Positions 19,088 to 27,729 of a stretch of 64,000 nucleotides of DNA are shown piece by piece. Each line of letters starts with the position of its first letter. The first letter of the stretch is position 1. Below the pieces are notes generated by a model. It searched no databases, was not told where the DNA came from, and saw only the letters and a program-made list of their open reading frames with translations. This stretch comes from an uncultured Muribaculaceae bacterium. Its GTDB lineage: Bacteria; Cyanobacteriota; Vampirovibrionia; Gastranaerophilales; Gastranaerophilaceae. The stretch covers positions 33,546-97,545 of the forward strand of contig CAYMMX010000006.1 in assembly GCA_964391675.1 (NCBI GenBank), given 5' to 3'. The translations under genes were made by a program, and so were the position numbers.

Positions 19088-19726
19088 ATGAATTATTTTG
19101 AATTAATAAATAAATGCTTAATTGAACTTAACTATAAAAAATGTAGTGAATTCACTGACCTTGTTAAAAATGACCACGAAAAAATTAAAAATATATTAAA
19201 TATAATAAACTCAGAAGTCTGTAGTTTTGACACCTGGAATTTCTTGCTCAGAAAACAGCAAATAGAATTACCAAAAAATTATTGTGAAATATATAATAAT
19301 ATACAAGGAAGAATTCATTCATTGTATATAGAAAATAAAAAATATGACTTTGAAAGTAATTTCGAAAAATTTTTACTAAACAAACAACCAACAAATTCAT
19401 TTACTGTTTTTAATGATAAAATCTTGCTTCCTATTTTTGATAAAAATAAAACAATAGAAATAATCTATTATACAAATAATTTTGCACAAGATTCAAATGG
19501 TTCAGACATATCTAAAATGAGCGCAGAAGATGATGTTTCAATTATACCATTTCCTTTTGTAGAACCGATTTTAGTATATGGAACATGCATGAGACTAAAA
19601 GGAAACGCTCAATACAGCAAGTTTTCATATTGGTATGGAATGTATAAAGATTCTCTTTCTAATATGAGGTCAAAAATAGGAATAAATGCACAAGAAACAC
19701 CTCAAATAAGAATAAACAGACTTTGA
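19088..19726 (+). CDS. hypothetical phage-island protein (212 aa)
   Basis: SD AAAGGAG upstream. No recognisable motif. Its position after the capsid and scaffold-like genes is compatible with a head-completion or adaptor role (inference). Confidence 0.55.
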   Translation: MNYFELINKCLIELNYKKCSEFTDLVKNDHEKIKNILNIINSEVCSFDTWNFLLRKQQIELPKNYCEIYNNIQGRIHSLYIENKKYDFESNFEKFLLNKQPTNSFTVFNDKILLPIFDKNKTIEIIYYTNNFAQDSNGSDISKMSAEDDVSIIPFPFVEPILVYGTCMRLKGNAQYSKFSYWYGMYKDSLSNMRSKIGINAQETPQIRINRL

Positions 19727-19952
19727 AAATACGGCAAATAATTTTAGAAAATAATGAAAAACAGGAGGGCTAGAACAGTTCAACTAAAAACAGACATGTA
19801 AAATAAAAGGAAATATTAAAACATGCCTTAAATTTATTAGTTCCCCAAATTCTGTCCCCCCTGTTAAGATTTTACACTAGCCGAAATATAAATAGCATGA
19901 CTATTATATAATTTTTTTTAAAAAAACACAAATAAATAATAAGAAATGTAAA

Positions 19953-20387
19953 ATGAAAAACTTAACAAATAAACAAAAAAAATTCATTACAGAATACATA
20001 AAGTCACTAAATGCAGAGCTTTCAGCAAAAAACGCAGGATATAAATCAACCGACTTAAATAGAACTGTAGAGAAATTATTATCTAACAATTCTGTAATAT
20101 ATGAGATTAAAAATAAAATAAAAAAACACATGTCTTCTTTTAGAATAAATAAAGGATATGTTGTTCAAAAATTATTAGAGATAGCAGAATTTTCACTCGA
20201 AGAAGAAGAAATTCTTGATAAAGAGGGAAGTTATACTGGGAAAAAAAAACTTCGAGATGCAGCTACTGGATTAAAATCTCTTGAATATTTATGCAAATAT
20301 CTGGGTTTTAATACTAAACCTGATGATAATCTTGACTATGGGTCAAAAATAATTACTATAAAAAATTTGGACGATGAAAAAATCTAA
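19953..20387 (+). CDS. phage terminase small subunit
   Basis: The N-terminus 'LTNKQKKFITEYIKSLNAELSAKNAGYKS' is the typical Terminase_2-type HTH opening. Confidence 0.7.
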   Translation: MKNLTNKQKKFITEYIKSLNAELSAKNAGYKSTDLNRTVEKLLSNNSVIYEIKNKIKKHMSSFRINKGYVVQKLLEIAEFSLEEEEILDKEGSYTGKKKLRDAATGLKSLEYLCKYLGFNTKPDDNLDYGSKIITIKNLDDEKI

Positions 20388-20413
20388 AAACAAATCTTAC
20401 AAAGGAGTAAATA

Positions 20414-20773
20414 ATGACAAAAAAAGATGAAAATGATATTGAACAAAAATTATTAAATAGCACGTCTTTTGATGAATTAATCAAAAAAAAAATAGAAACA
20501 GAGCTGAAAAATGAAATAGAAAAAGCAAAAATTAAAACTCAAACTCAAACAATAACAGATATTTCAAAAGTTCCGTCTGAATTAATTTTCAGTAAAAAGT
20601 CTACCTACAGAATATTTAATAAAGTAAACAAAACAGAAAGTTTTATAAATGGACTTCAGGCAGAATCAATGTTGGGACTGCAAAATAATGTAAGAGAAAA
20701 AATAAAAAATGGAAAAGTCGATGTATTTTCAACTGAAGAACTATATATTAAATTTGAGAAAACTGAATATTAA
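20414..20773 (+). CDS. hypothetical phage-island protein (119 aa)
   Basis: SD AAAGGAG upstream. No motif recognised. Confidence 0.55.
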   Translation: MTKKDENDIEQKLLNSTSFDELIKKKIETELKNEIEKAKIKTQTQTITDISKVPSELIFSKKSTYRIFNKVNKTESFINGLQAESMLGLQNNVREKIKNGKVDVFSTEELYIKFEKTEY

Positions 20774-20798
20774 AAAGAGCGGATAAACCGCTCTTTTT
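20772..20798. terminator. bidirectional terminator between convergent genes
   Basis: AAAAAGAGCGG-ataaa-CCGCTCTTTTT. The A and T tracts on both sides allow termination in either direction. Confidence 0.7.
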
Positions 20799-20816
20799 AA
20801 TTATAGCATTAAAATA

Positions 20817-21272
20817 TTATGACAATACTACTGATAATACTTCATTAATAAATAATACAAAAAATAAGATAAATACTAATGTAGCTAATGCTTTCTGAAT
20901 ATCAGCAAATAAAAATTCTCTTCTGTTTTTTCTTATGTCATTAATAGCTGTAATTTCTTCAGTATATGGTTTTACCGGAAACTGTTTTTCTATTTGTTCT
21001 AAAACATTAGAAAGCTTAACTTTAATAAGAAAATTATAAGAATCTACATTAATCCACCATAAAATACAAACGGCTAAACCGGCTGCACTAAATACTAAAG
21101 TTGAAGATAAACCAAAAATGAATGAATAATCCTTAACTAAATACATAGTCAAAATTAAACCTAAAATTAAAATTAAATAAAATTTATTAGTACAGAAGCT
21201 TCTATCAACAAATTTTTCTTTCTGTTCAGAGTAAATTTTATATAATTGTAAAACTATCTCTTCTGAAGTCAT
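20817..21272 (-). CDS. small integral membrane protein, the only minus-strand gene in the island (moron-like)
   Basis: 151 aa with an SD, AAAGGATGG. An amphipathic N-terminal helix is followed by two TM segments (FYLILILGLILTMYLV, LVFSAAGLAVCILWWINV) and a C-terminal TM (LATLVFILFFVLFINEVL). Confidence 0.65.
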   Translation of the reverse strand: MTSEEIVLQLYKIYSEQKEKFVDRSFCTNKFYLILILGLILTMYLVKDYSFIFGLSSTLVFSAAGLAVCILWWINVDSYNFLIKVKLSNVLEQIEKQFPVKPYTEEITAINDIRKNRREFLFADIQKALATLVFILFFVLFINEVLSVVLS

Positions 21273-21333
21273 ATAAACACCATCCTTTCATTTGAGATAA
21301 TTGTATAAGTTTATTTGGAAAAAGTCAAGAGCT

Positions 21334-21876
21334 ATGAGCAAATTTATAAAAATAATAGTAAATAAGAATGAAGGTAAATTCTTAAATATTGAATATTTAC
21401 CTAATATTATAACCTTATACGAAAAATTCTCCCGCTATATTCATGATGATTATTTTTTAGAAAATAAATCTATTGTGGATGCTGTAATTAATCTAGTTGA
21501 AAAAACAACTCCATTTTTTTGGGGGATTCTAGATAAAAAAAATGAAAAATTTGCAGGGTTTTGTTTCTTAGAAAATTTAACAGGGAATAGTAAAAATTTA
21601 CACAGTGCAGATATTACAACTTGCTTTGAACCTGAATTTTGGGGAAACTACACAAAAAAATGTGCTCAGAAATTCATAAAATACTGTTTTAAAAAATATA
21701 AGTTCGAGAAATTAAAAGCATATATTTTTCCTCAAAACTCAAGAGTTAAAGCTCTTTTAAAAAAAAGTGGGTTTAAAAAAGAAGCTTTATTAAAGGCTGA
21801 AACATATAAAAATGGTATTTTACAAGATATTGAAATATATTCACTTATTAAAACAAGCAACAAAAAGGAGATTTAA
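21334..21876 (+). CDS. GNAT-family N-acetyltransferase (RimJ/RimL-like)
   Basis: 'FAGFCFLENL...', 'WGNYTKKCAQKFIKYCFKKYKFEKLKAYIFPQNSRVKALLKKSGFKKEALLK' fits the Acetyltransf_3-like pattern. I prefer the ATG at 21334 over the TTG at 21301. Confidence 0.72.
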   Translation: MSKFIKIIVNKNEGKFLNIEYLPNIITLYEKFSRYIHDDYFLENKSIVDAVINLVEKTTPFFWGILDKKNEKFAGFCFLENLTGNSKNLHSADITTCFEPEFWGNYTKKCAQKFIKYCFKKYKFEKLKAYIFPQNSRVKALLKKSGFKKEALLKAETYKNGILQDIEIYSLIKTSNKKEI

Positions 21877-21878
21877 TA

Positions 21879-23540
21879 ATGAAATTTGAAAAAACCAATG
21901 AGGATTTAACAAAAACACTGGATTTAGACGAAGAGCTGATTCTTATCCAAAAAATCCCCGAAAAATATGACCATATGGATAATGATAGAGCTGAACAATT
22001 AAATGACATAAAATTATTAAGAAGCACAATATATCGTAACCAAATACCACAAATTAACGGATGGGGGTCAAAAATTGAACTTCCTGATATATATGAGCTT
22101 GCCCAAACACTTAAATCTCATATAAGTGATAATTTATATTCGCATCCCGATGCAATGTTTGATGTTACAGGCACTAATCCTCAAGCACAAAGTTTTGCAA
22201 ACAGACAAAAAGCAATGCTTGTAAATACATTTGATAATATGAAACTGGAGAACGAACTAGAAAAAATAATAGACTCAATAGTCGAAACAGGTGAAAGTAC
22301 CATCTTTTTGGGATGGGAAACAAAAATTAAAACAATAAGAAGAGCTCAAAGTATTGAAGAACAATTGGTCACACCAACAGAAGACGGTTTTATTATAGAA
22401 AACAAAGTTGTTTATGACAACCCAATTGTTAAACACGTAAAATCAGAAGATTTTGTTTTTGATAAAAACAAAAAAGATAACTGGGACAGTTGTGCCAAAA
22501 TATACAGAACTTACTGCGAATTAGAAGAACTAATGGATAATAAAGCAAACAATCTTTTAACCAAAGAAAAAATAAGTGCTTTGAAAGGAGTGATGAACAA
22601 TAAATTTAAAAAAGAAACAGATAAAGCAGTTGATGATAAAAGAATTGAAATTCTGGAGTACTGGGGAGATATTGAATTAAACAACGGTGATATATTAAAA
22701 AATTGGCTTATTGTATTAGCAGGAAGAAAAGAAATAATAAGATTTGAACCAAATCCATTTATAATAAATCCTTTTATTCATTCTAATATAATTGAAAATC
22801 CCGAAACATTAAGAGGAATTTCACCACTGAGAGTTGCTCTAATTTTAAATAATATTTCATCAACTATCTTAAATAAACAAATTGATGCCCTTGCATTAAT
22901 GATGAACCCTCCTTACTTAGCACCCAAAGGTAGTTTTAAAGGAGAGCAAATAGTAAAACCCGGTAAAATCATTGAATATGATGCTACATTAATGCCAAGC
23001 GCTCCAACCGCACTAAGTTTTGATAAAGCAATGCAAGGATGGGATTTTTTAAGATATTTTAAAACAACAATAGAAAGCGCAACAGGAATTTTTAATAATA
23101 TGAGTGGAAATCTTCAATCAGAACAAAGAACTGCAACTGAATTAAATTATTCGGTAAATGGACAAACTGCCAGATTAAATATGTTATTGGAAACAATAAA
23201 CAGAAAAATAATTATACCAATGGTAGAAAAAACAGCAGAATTAATTGCTAACTTTAAGATTGGCAAAGAAATTATCAGTATAAATGATAGAGGAAGAACT
23301 TTGTTTATAGAAGTTGATGAAAACATAAGAAATGGAAATTATATCTACAAATATGGAGATAGAAAAGCATCACTGGAAAGAAAAACAAAAATGAACGAAA
23401 TCTTTAATATTGTAAAAGCATTTGCCGAAGTACCAACAATAGCCAACCAAATTAATTGGATAGAATGTTTTAAATTTGCATTGGAACAATACGGCATCGA
23501 AAATTCCAGTAATTTCCTGTTGGAAGGGAATACAAACTAA
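21879..23540 (+). CDS. phage portal protein candidate
   Basis: 553 aa with an SD, AAAGGAG. Its size and its position directly upstream of the large terminase fit a portal. No signature motif was verified by eye. Confidence 0.5.
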   Translation: MKFEKTNEDLTKTLDLDEELILIQKIPEKYDHMDNDRAEQLNDIKLLRSTIYRNQIPQINGWGSKIELPDIYELAQTLKSHISDNLYSHPDAMFDVTGTNPQAQSFANRQKAMLVNTFDNMKLENELEKIIDSIVETGESTIFLGWETKIKTIRRAQSIEEQLVTPTEDGFIIENKVVYDNPIVKHVKSEDFVFDKNKKDNWDSCAKIYRTYCELEELMDNKANNLLTKEKISALKGVMNNKFKKETDKAVDDKRIEILEYWGDIELNNGDILKNWLIVLAGRKEIIRFEPNPFIINPFIHSNIIENPETLRGISPLRVALILNNISSTILNKQIDALALMMNPPYLAPKGSFKGEQIVKPGKIIEYDATLMPSAPTALSFDKAMQGWDFLRYFKTTIESATGIFNNMSGNLQSEQRTATELNYSVNGQTARLNMLLETINRKIIIPMVEKTAELIANFKIGKEIISINDRGRTLFIEVDENIRNGNYIYKYGDRKASLERKTKMNEIFNIVKAFAEVPTIANQINWIECFKFALEQYGIENSSNFLLEGNTN

Positions 23541-23559
23541 AAAGCTGGAAGTAGAGAGA

Positions 23560-23591
23560 AGACGCAGAATCAATTAATTGATTCTGCGTCT
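23560..23591. repeat. 32-nt perfect palindrome between the portal candidate and the large terminase gene
   Basis: AGACGCAGAATCAATT|AATTGATTCTGCGTCT. It starts 20 nt after the portal stop and ends 17 nt before the terL ATG. Confidence 0.95.
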
Positions 23592-23608
23592 ATTTAAAAT
23601 AGGAAAAA

Positions 23609-24901
23609 ATGGAATATAATTTATTAAAAGCACAAAGAGAATTTTTAGAAATTCCACATGATTACAGTCTAGATGTTGCAGTGTATCAAGGAGGTTTCGG
23701 GTCTGGAAAAACTTTTTCCGGCTCTCTTCTTGGAATACTCTTATGCATAAAATTCCCCGGAATAAGAGGGCTTGTTGGGGCACAAACTTATACTCTGGTT
23801 AGAGATACAACATTACAAACATATTTTGAACACTTTGAAAACTTGAATTTTAAAGATGGAAAAGACTATGAATGGTCGACTTCATTACAAAAATTGACGT
23901 TTAAAAATGGTTCGGAAATATTATTTAGGCATTTTGACGAGCCAAACAAACTTAAATCCCTAAATTTGGGGTTTGCTGAAATTGAAGAAATGTCTGATAT
24001 TCCCTTTTCTACTTTTAAAATGCTTCTTGGTAGAATGAGACAAACAATAAAAAAAGAATGGAAAAATTTTACTTATAGAATTTTTGGACACACAAACCCT
24101 GAAATACAAAGAGGGTGGATTTATAAAACATTTATAGAAAATTATAAACCGAATTACCGTATAATTTCCGCGCCAACAACTGAAAATGTATATCTTCCCG
24201 AAGGCTTTTGTGAAGAACTTAAAAAATTATATGATGAAGAATATTATAGGATTTTTGTTCTTGCTCAAAATGGAGAATATAATTCGGGACTAGTTATAAA
24301 AGATTTTACACATGAGAACATAAAAGAAATTTACTACCAACAAGATATGAACTTACATATAACATGTGATTTTAACGTAGATCCGATGGCTTGGATTTTA
24401 GCTCATAAAACTGATGATAAAGTTTTCTTTTTTGATGAAATAGTAATGGAAAATACAACAACCGCAAAAGCTTGTGATGAATTTTATTACAGATATCCTA
24501 ATCACAAAGGAAAAATTATTATAAACGGTGATGCATCCGGAGACAATAGAAGTTGTACCAGTGAATTCACTAATTACGTAATTATAAAGAAAAAACTTGA
24601 AAGATTTGGGTATGAAGATATTGAAGTACAAATTAAAGCCTTTAACCCACCAATAAAAAACAGAATAATGGCTTTCAATTCAAGGATAAGGTCAGCAGAT
24701 TCTCAAATAAGGCTTTATGTTGATAAAAAATGCGAAAAACTTCTCTATAATATCTATAATTTAAAATACAAAGAAGGTTCTTCTAAAATTGATTTGCCAT
24801 CACACTCTCAAATTAAACAAGCAAAAGAACTGAAGTTTTTAGGTCACCCAATGGATGCTGCATCATATTTAGTTGAGTTTTATTGGCCGATAACAATATG
24901 A
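23609..24901 (+). CDS. phage terminase large subunit
   Basis: Walker A 'YQGGFGSGKTFSG', Walker B-like 'LGFAEIEE', and a C-terminal nuclease half with 'ITCDFNVDP' and 'INGDASGDNRS'. Confidence 0.85.
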   Translation: MEYNLLKAQREFLEIPHDYSLDVAVYQGGFGSGKTFSGSLLGILLCIKFPGIRGLVGAQTYTLVRDTTLQTYFEHFENLNFKDGKDYEWSTSLQKLTFKNGSEILFRHFDEPNKLKSLNLGFAEIEEMSDIPFSTFKMLLGRMRQTIKKEWKNFTYRIFGHTNPEIQRGWIYKTFIENYKPNYRIISAPTTENVYLPEGFCEELKKLYDEEYYRIFVLAQNGEYNSGLVIKDFTHENIKEIYYQQDMNLHITCDFNVDPMAWILAHKTDDKVFFFDEIVMENTTTAKACDEFYYRYPNHKGKIIINGDASGDNRSCTSEFTNYVIIKKKLERFGYEDIEVQIKAFNPPIKNRIMAFNSRIRSADSQIRLYVDKKCEKLLYNIYNLKYKEGSSKIDLPSHSQIKQAKELKFLGHPMDAASYLVEFYWPITI

Positions 24902-24912
24902 GAAAGGAATAA

Positions 24913-25149
24913 ATGGAAAAACTTTTACATTACTCTCCTATATTAATTGCAGTTATGATTTTTTTAATTCAGCAAAGAATAGTAATTACACCAGAGCAAC
25001 TGGAAAAAAAACATCGTGAAATTCTTAAAGATGCAGAAGAAAGATTTGCAACACTAAGCAGTGTTCGAGATTTAAAAGAACAGTTTACAGACATGAAAGA
25101 CAAAATAGACAAAATTTATGACTGTATCATTGCAGTTAAAAAAAACTAA
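24913..25149 (+). CDS. small membrane-anchored coiled-coil protein (78 aa)
   Basis: SD GAAAGGAA upstream. An N-terminal TM 'YSPILIAVMIFLIQQRIVI' is followed by a charged helix. Confidence 0.5.
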   Translation: MEKLLHYSPILIAVMIFLIQQRIVITPEQLEKKHREILKDAEERFATLSSVRDLKEQFTDMKDKIDKIYDCIIAVKKN

Positions 25150-25169
25150 CCAAAAAATTAAAAATTAAT

Positions 25170-25205
25170 AGGCGCCAAATAGTTTTAAAAAACTATTTGG
25201 CGCCT
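25170..25205. terminator. bidirectional terminator at the right edge of the island
   Basis: 15-bp stem AGGCGCCAAATAGTT/AACTATTTGGCGCCT, lying between the convergent 78-aa gene and speE. Confidence 0.7.
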
Positions 25206-25223
25206 TACATAGTCAATTAAGTC

Positions 25224-26063
25224 TTACAATAATTCTTTTAAAAAATTTGGGAGGGCAAAGCGAGCCAAATGATATTCTTTATTATAAATTTTACACGTTT
25301 TCGTAATCTCTTCACAACGTTTTTCATCAAAATAAGAAAGGGGGTTAATATCGACAGAGCAAAAAGCCCAAGCCCAATATCCACCAGGATATGTAGGGAT
25401 TGGAGATGTATATGTTGACGTTATCGGGAACACTTTTTTTAATAAATTATACATTTTCATTATTTCATTCTTATTTACAACTGGAGATTCCGATTGTGCA
25501 GCAACTATACCACCTTTTTTCAAAGATTTTTTAACATTATTATAAAATTCTTCAGTAAATAGACCTTCACCAGGGCCCATAGGATCAGTAGAATCAATTA
25601 ATACAATATCAAATTCATTTTCTTTATTCTTAATATATTCAATAGCATCTTCAACCAAAACCTCTACTTTTGAATCATCTAACTTAGCGGCAATCGTGGG
25701 TAAATACTTTTTACATGCATCAATAACCATTCCGTCGATTTCACAAAGTATAACCTTTTCTACCGTATTATGCTTAAGAACTTCTCTTACTGTTCCTCCG
25801 TCACCTCCACCGATTACAAGAACCGTTTTAGGATTTGGATGATTAATCATTGGTATATGAGAAATCATTTCATGATAGAAAAATTCATCACCTTCTGTTG
25901 TCATCATTAAATCATCTAATGTTAGAATTTTTCCCAAAGCTGAATCAGTATCAATAATTTCAACTTTTTGAAATTGCGATTGTTCTGAAAACAAAACATC
26001 TTTTACTTTAATTGCTATACCAAAACCTGCCGGTGTAATTTCTTTATAAAAATTTTCGCTCAT
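25224..26063 (-). CDS. speE: spermidine synthase (polyamine aminopropyltransferase)
   Basis: Motifs 'VLVIGGGDGGTVREVLKH' and 'DSTDPMGPGEGLF'. Confidence 0.9.
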   Translation of the reverse strand: MSENFYKEITPAGFGIAIKVKDVLFSEQSQFQKVEIIDTDSALGKILTLDDLMMTTEGDEFFYHEMISHIPMINHPNPKTVLVIGGGDGGTVREVLKHNTVEKVILCEIDGMVIDACKKYLPTIAAKLDDSKVEVLVEDAIEYIKNKENEFDIVLIDSTDPMGPGEGLFTEEFYNNVKKSLKKGGIVAAQSESPVVNKNEIMKMYNLLKKVFPITSTYTSPIPTYPGGYWAWAFCSVDINPLSYFDEKRCEEITKTCKIYNKEYHLARFALPNFLKELL

Positions 26064-26065
26064 TT

Positions 26066-26389
26066 TTACTCCTGTGATAATGTATTAGACAAAACGTGAA
26101 AATGGAGGTGAAAAACAACCTGTCCTTCTTCTTTTCCTGTATTAACATGAACTCTGTATGCTTTTACTTTTTTAATTTTAGCAACTTCTTTAACTGCTTT
26201 AAGAATTTCTGACATAACTTTTTCATCTTCAAGTTCACTTAAAGAATCGACATGATTTTTGGGTATAACCAATGAATGCACTTTTGCTTTTGGATTAATA
26301 TCTTCTATTGCAATTACATAATCATTTTCGTAAATTTTTTTTGAAGGAATTTCACCATTGATTATTTTACAAAAAATACATTCAGTCAT
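26066..26389 (-). CDS. HIT-family (histidine triad) protein
   Basis: 'CIFCKII' and the triad 'HLHFHVL'. Confidence 0.88.
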   Translation of the reverse strand: MTECIFCKIINGEIPSKKIYENDYVIAIEDINPKAKVHSLVIPKNHVDSLSELEDEKVMSEILKAVKEVAKIKKVKAYRVHVNTGKEEGQVVFHLHFHVLSNTLSQE

Positions 26390-26477
26390 TATTCTTCTCC
26401 TTACCCGTATTAGTTAATTGTACCATAAAATTATTTATGTTTTATGATATAATTATTAAAAATTAAAAGGAGCGAAT

Positions 26478-26996
26478 ATGGAATTTTTAGAGTTATTAAA
26501 AAATAGATATTCAGTAAGAAAATTTAATGAAAAAGAAGTAGAAACAGAAAATATTCAAAAGATACTAGAAGCCGGAAGAGTTGCTCCAACTGCATGTAAT
26601 CTTCAACCACAAAGAATTCTTGTGTTGAATGAACCTGAAAGTTTAAATAAATTAAAAAATTGCACTCCTTATCATTTTGATGCAAAACTAGCAATCTTAG
26701 TTTGTTATGATAAAACAGTAAGTTGGAAAAGAAAATATGACAATGAGGATGGTGGAATTATTGATGCAAGTATTGTAACAACACAAATGATGCTACAAAT
26801 AGCTAATTTAGGACTTGGAACAACTTGGGTTGGCTCTTTTGATCCGCAAAAAGTTAAAGAAGAGTTTAAATTAAAACAAAATTTAGTGCCTGTCGCAATT
26901 TTACCTATCGGTTATCCTGCAGAAGATGCCCAACCAAGTCCGGTGCACGAAAAAAGATTAGAGTTAAGCCAAACAACTTTTTATAATAATTTTTAA
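26478..26996 (+). CDS. nitroreductase-family protein
   Basis: 'RYSVRKF', 'APTACNLQPQRILV' and 'LGLGTTWVG'. Confidence 0.85.
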   Translation: MEFLELLKNRYSVRKFNEKEVETENIQKILEAGRVAPTACNLQPQRILVLNEPESLNKLKNCTPYHFDAKLAILVCYDKTVSWKRKYDNEDGGIIDASIVTTQMMLQIANLGLGTTWVGSFDPQKVKEEFKLKQNLVPVAILPIGYPAEDAQPSPVHEKRLELSQTTFYNNF

Positions 26997-27622
26997 TTAG
27001 CACTCATATATTTTTCTTCACAAAATTTAAGAAATTCTTTACCTCTCAAATTAAAAAGGGTTTCATATTTTAATATGATATCATTTGCTGATCCGCTTTC
27101 TTTAAGCCACGCATCTACAATTACAGCATTATTACCCCAGGTTTTCGGGTTTTTAATTAAAGCATCTTTAGCCAAATTAATTACAACAAATGTATGATCA
27201 TTAACATTTCTGCTTACTTCATCGTTATCCACAACACACATAACAAGAGTAGATTTTATACCTTTTTCTCTTAATTTATATTGAGCTAGTCGATTCATTT
27301 CGGAACAATTTGCTATATTCTTTGTTTTAAGAAAATCTAATAATTTTTTTATATAGTTATCAAAAGATAAATTCAACATTTTATCTCTCATAATATCAAT
27401 AGATTGCATATTACGATTATAAATATCGGCTAAACAAGGGGTGCATTTATTGCTCAGATTAACAGGATAAGTATTACCCATTTTTATAGATAACATTGCC
27501 GGAGAAAAAATTCTTGGATATTCTGTTTTAATTTCCTGAATTATTTTTTCCCCAATTTTAATACTTGGTTTAATGCTTTTAAATGTTATTTGATTTTGAT
27601 TAATAGGAGATATAGATAACAT
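26993..27622 (-). CDS. hypothetical protein with a possible Cys-His-Asp arrangement
   Basis: 209 aa. 'IANCSEMNRLAQ', 'NDHTFVVI' and 'AVIVDAW' are spaced as in papain/transglutaminase-like folds. This is inference only. Confidence 0.55.
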   Translation of the reverse strand: MLSISPINQNQITFKSIKPSIKIGEKIIQEIKTEYPRIFSPAMLSIKMGNTYPVNLSNKCTPCLADIYNRNMQSIDIMRDKMLNLSFDNYIKKLLDFLKTKNIANCSEMNRLAQYKLREKGIKSTLVMCVVDNDEVSRNVNDHTFVVINLAKDALIKNPKTWGNNAVIVDAWLKESGSANDIILKYETLFNLRGKEFLKFCEEKYMSAN

Positions 27623-27699
27623 ATTTACACATAAAACAATAAAGAATAATTTTTGCTGTTATTTTAATAAGGGAATACAAAAATTTACAAATTAACTCT

Positions 27700-27729
27700 A
27701 AAAAAAAGGGATAAACATTGTTTACCCCC
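27700..27729 (-). terminator. Rho-independent terminator-like hairpin on the minus strand
   Basis: The minus strand reads GGGGGTAAAC-aat-GTTTATCCC followed by T8. It lies 78 nt upstream of the 209-aa gene start. Confidence 0.5.

Larger units (their letters stand above)
14051..25149. mobile_element. phage-derived gene island (head-morphogenesis, packaging and lysis genes only); I recognised no integrase, replication or tail module
   Basis: It is a contiguous block of SD-preceded ORFs containing endolysin, capsid, scaffold-like, terS, portal-like and terL genes. It is flanked by intact comM and speE. No flanking direct repeats were found by eye. Confidence 0.6.
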
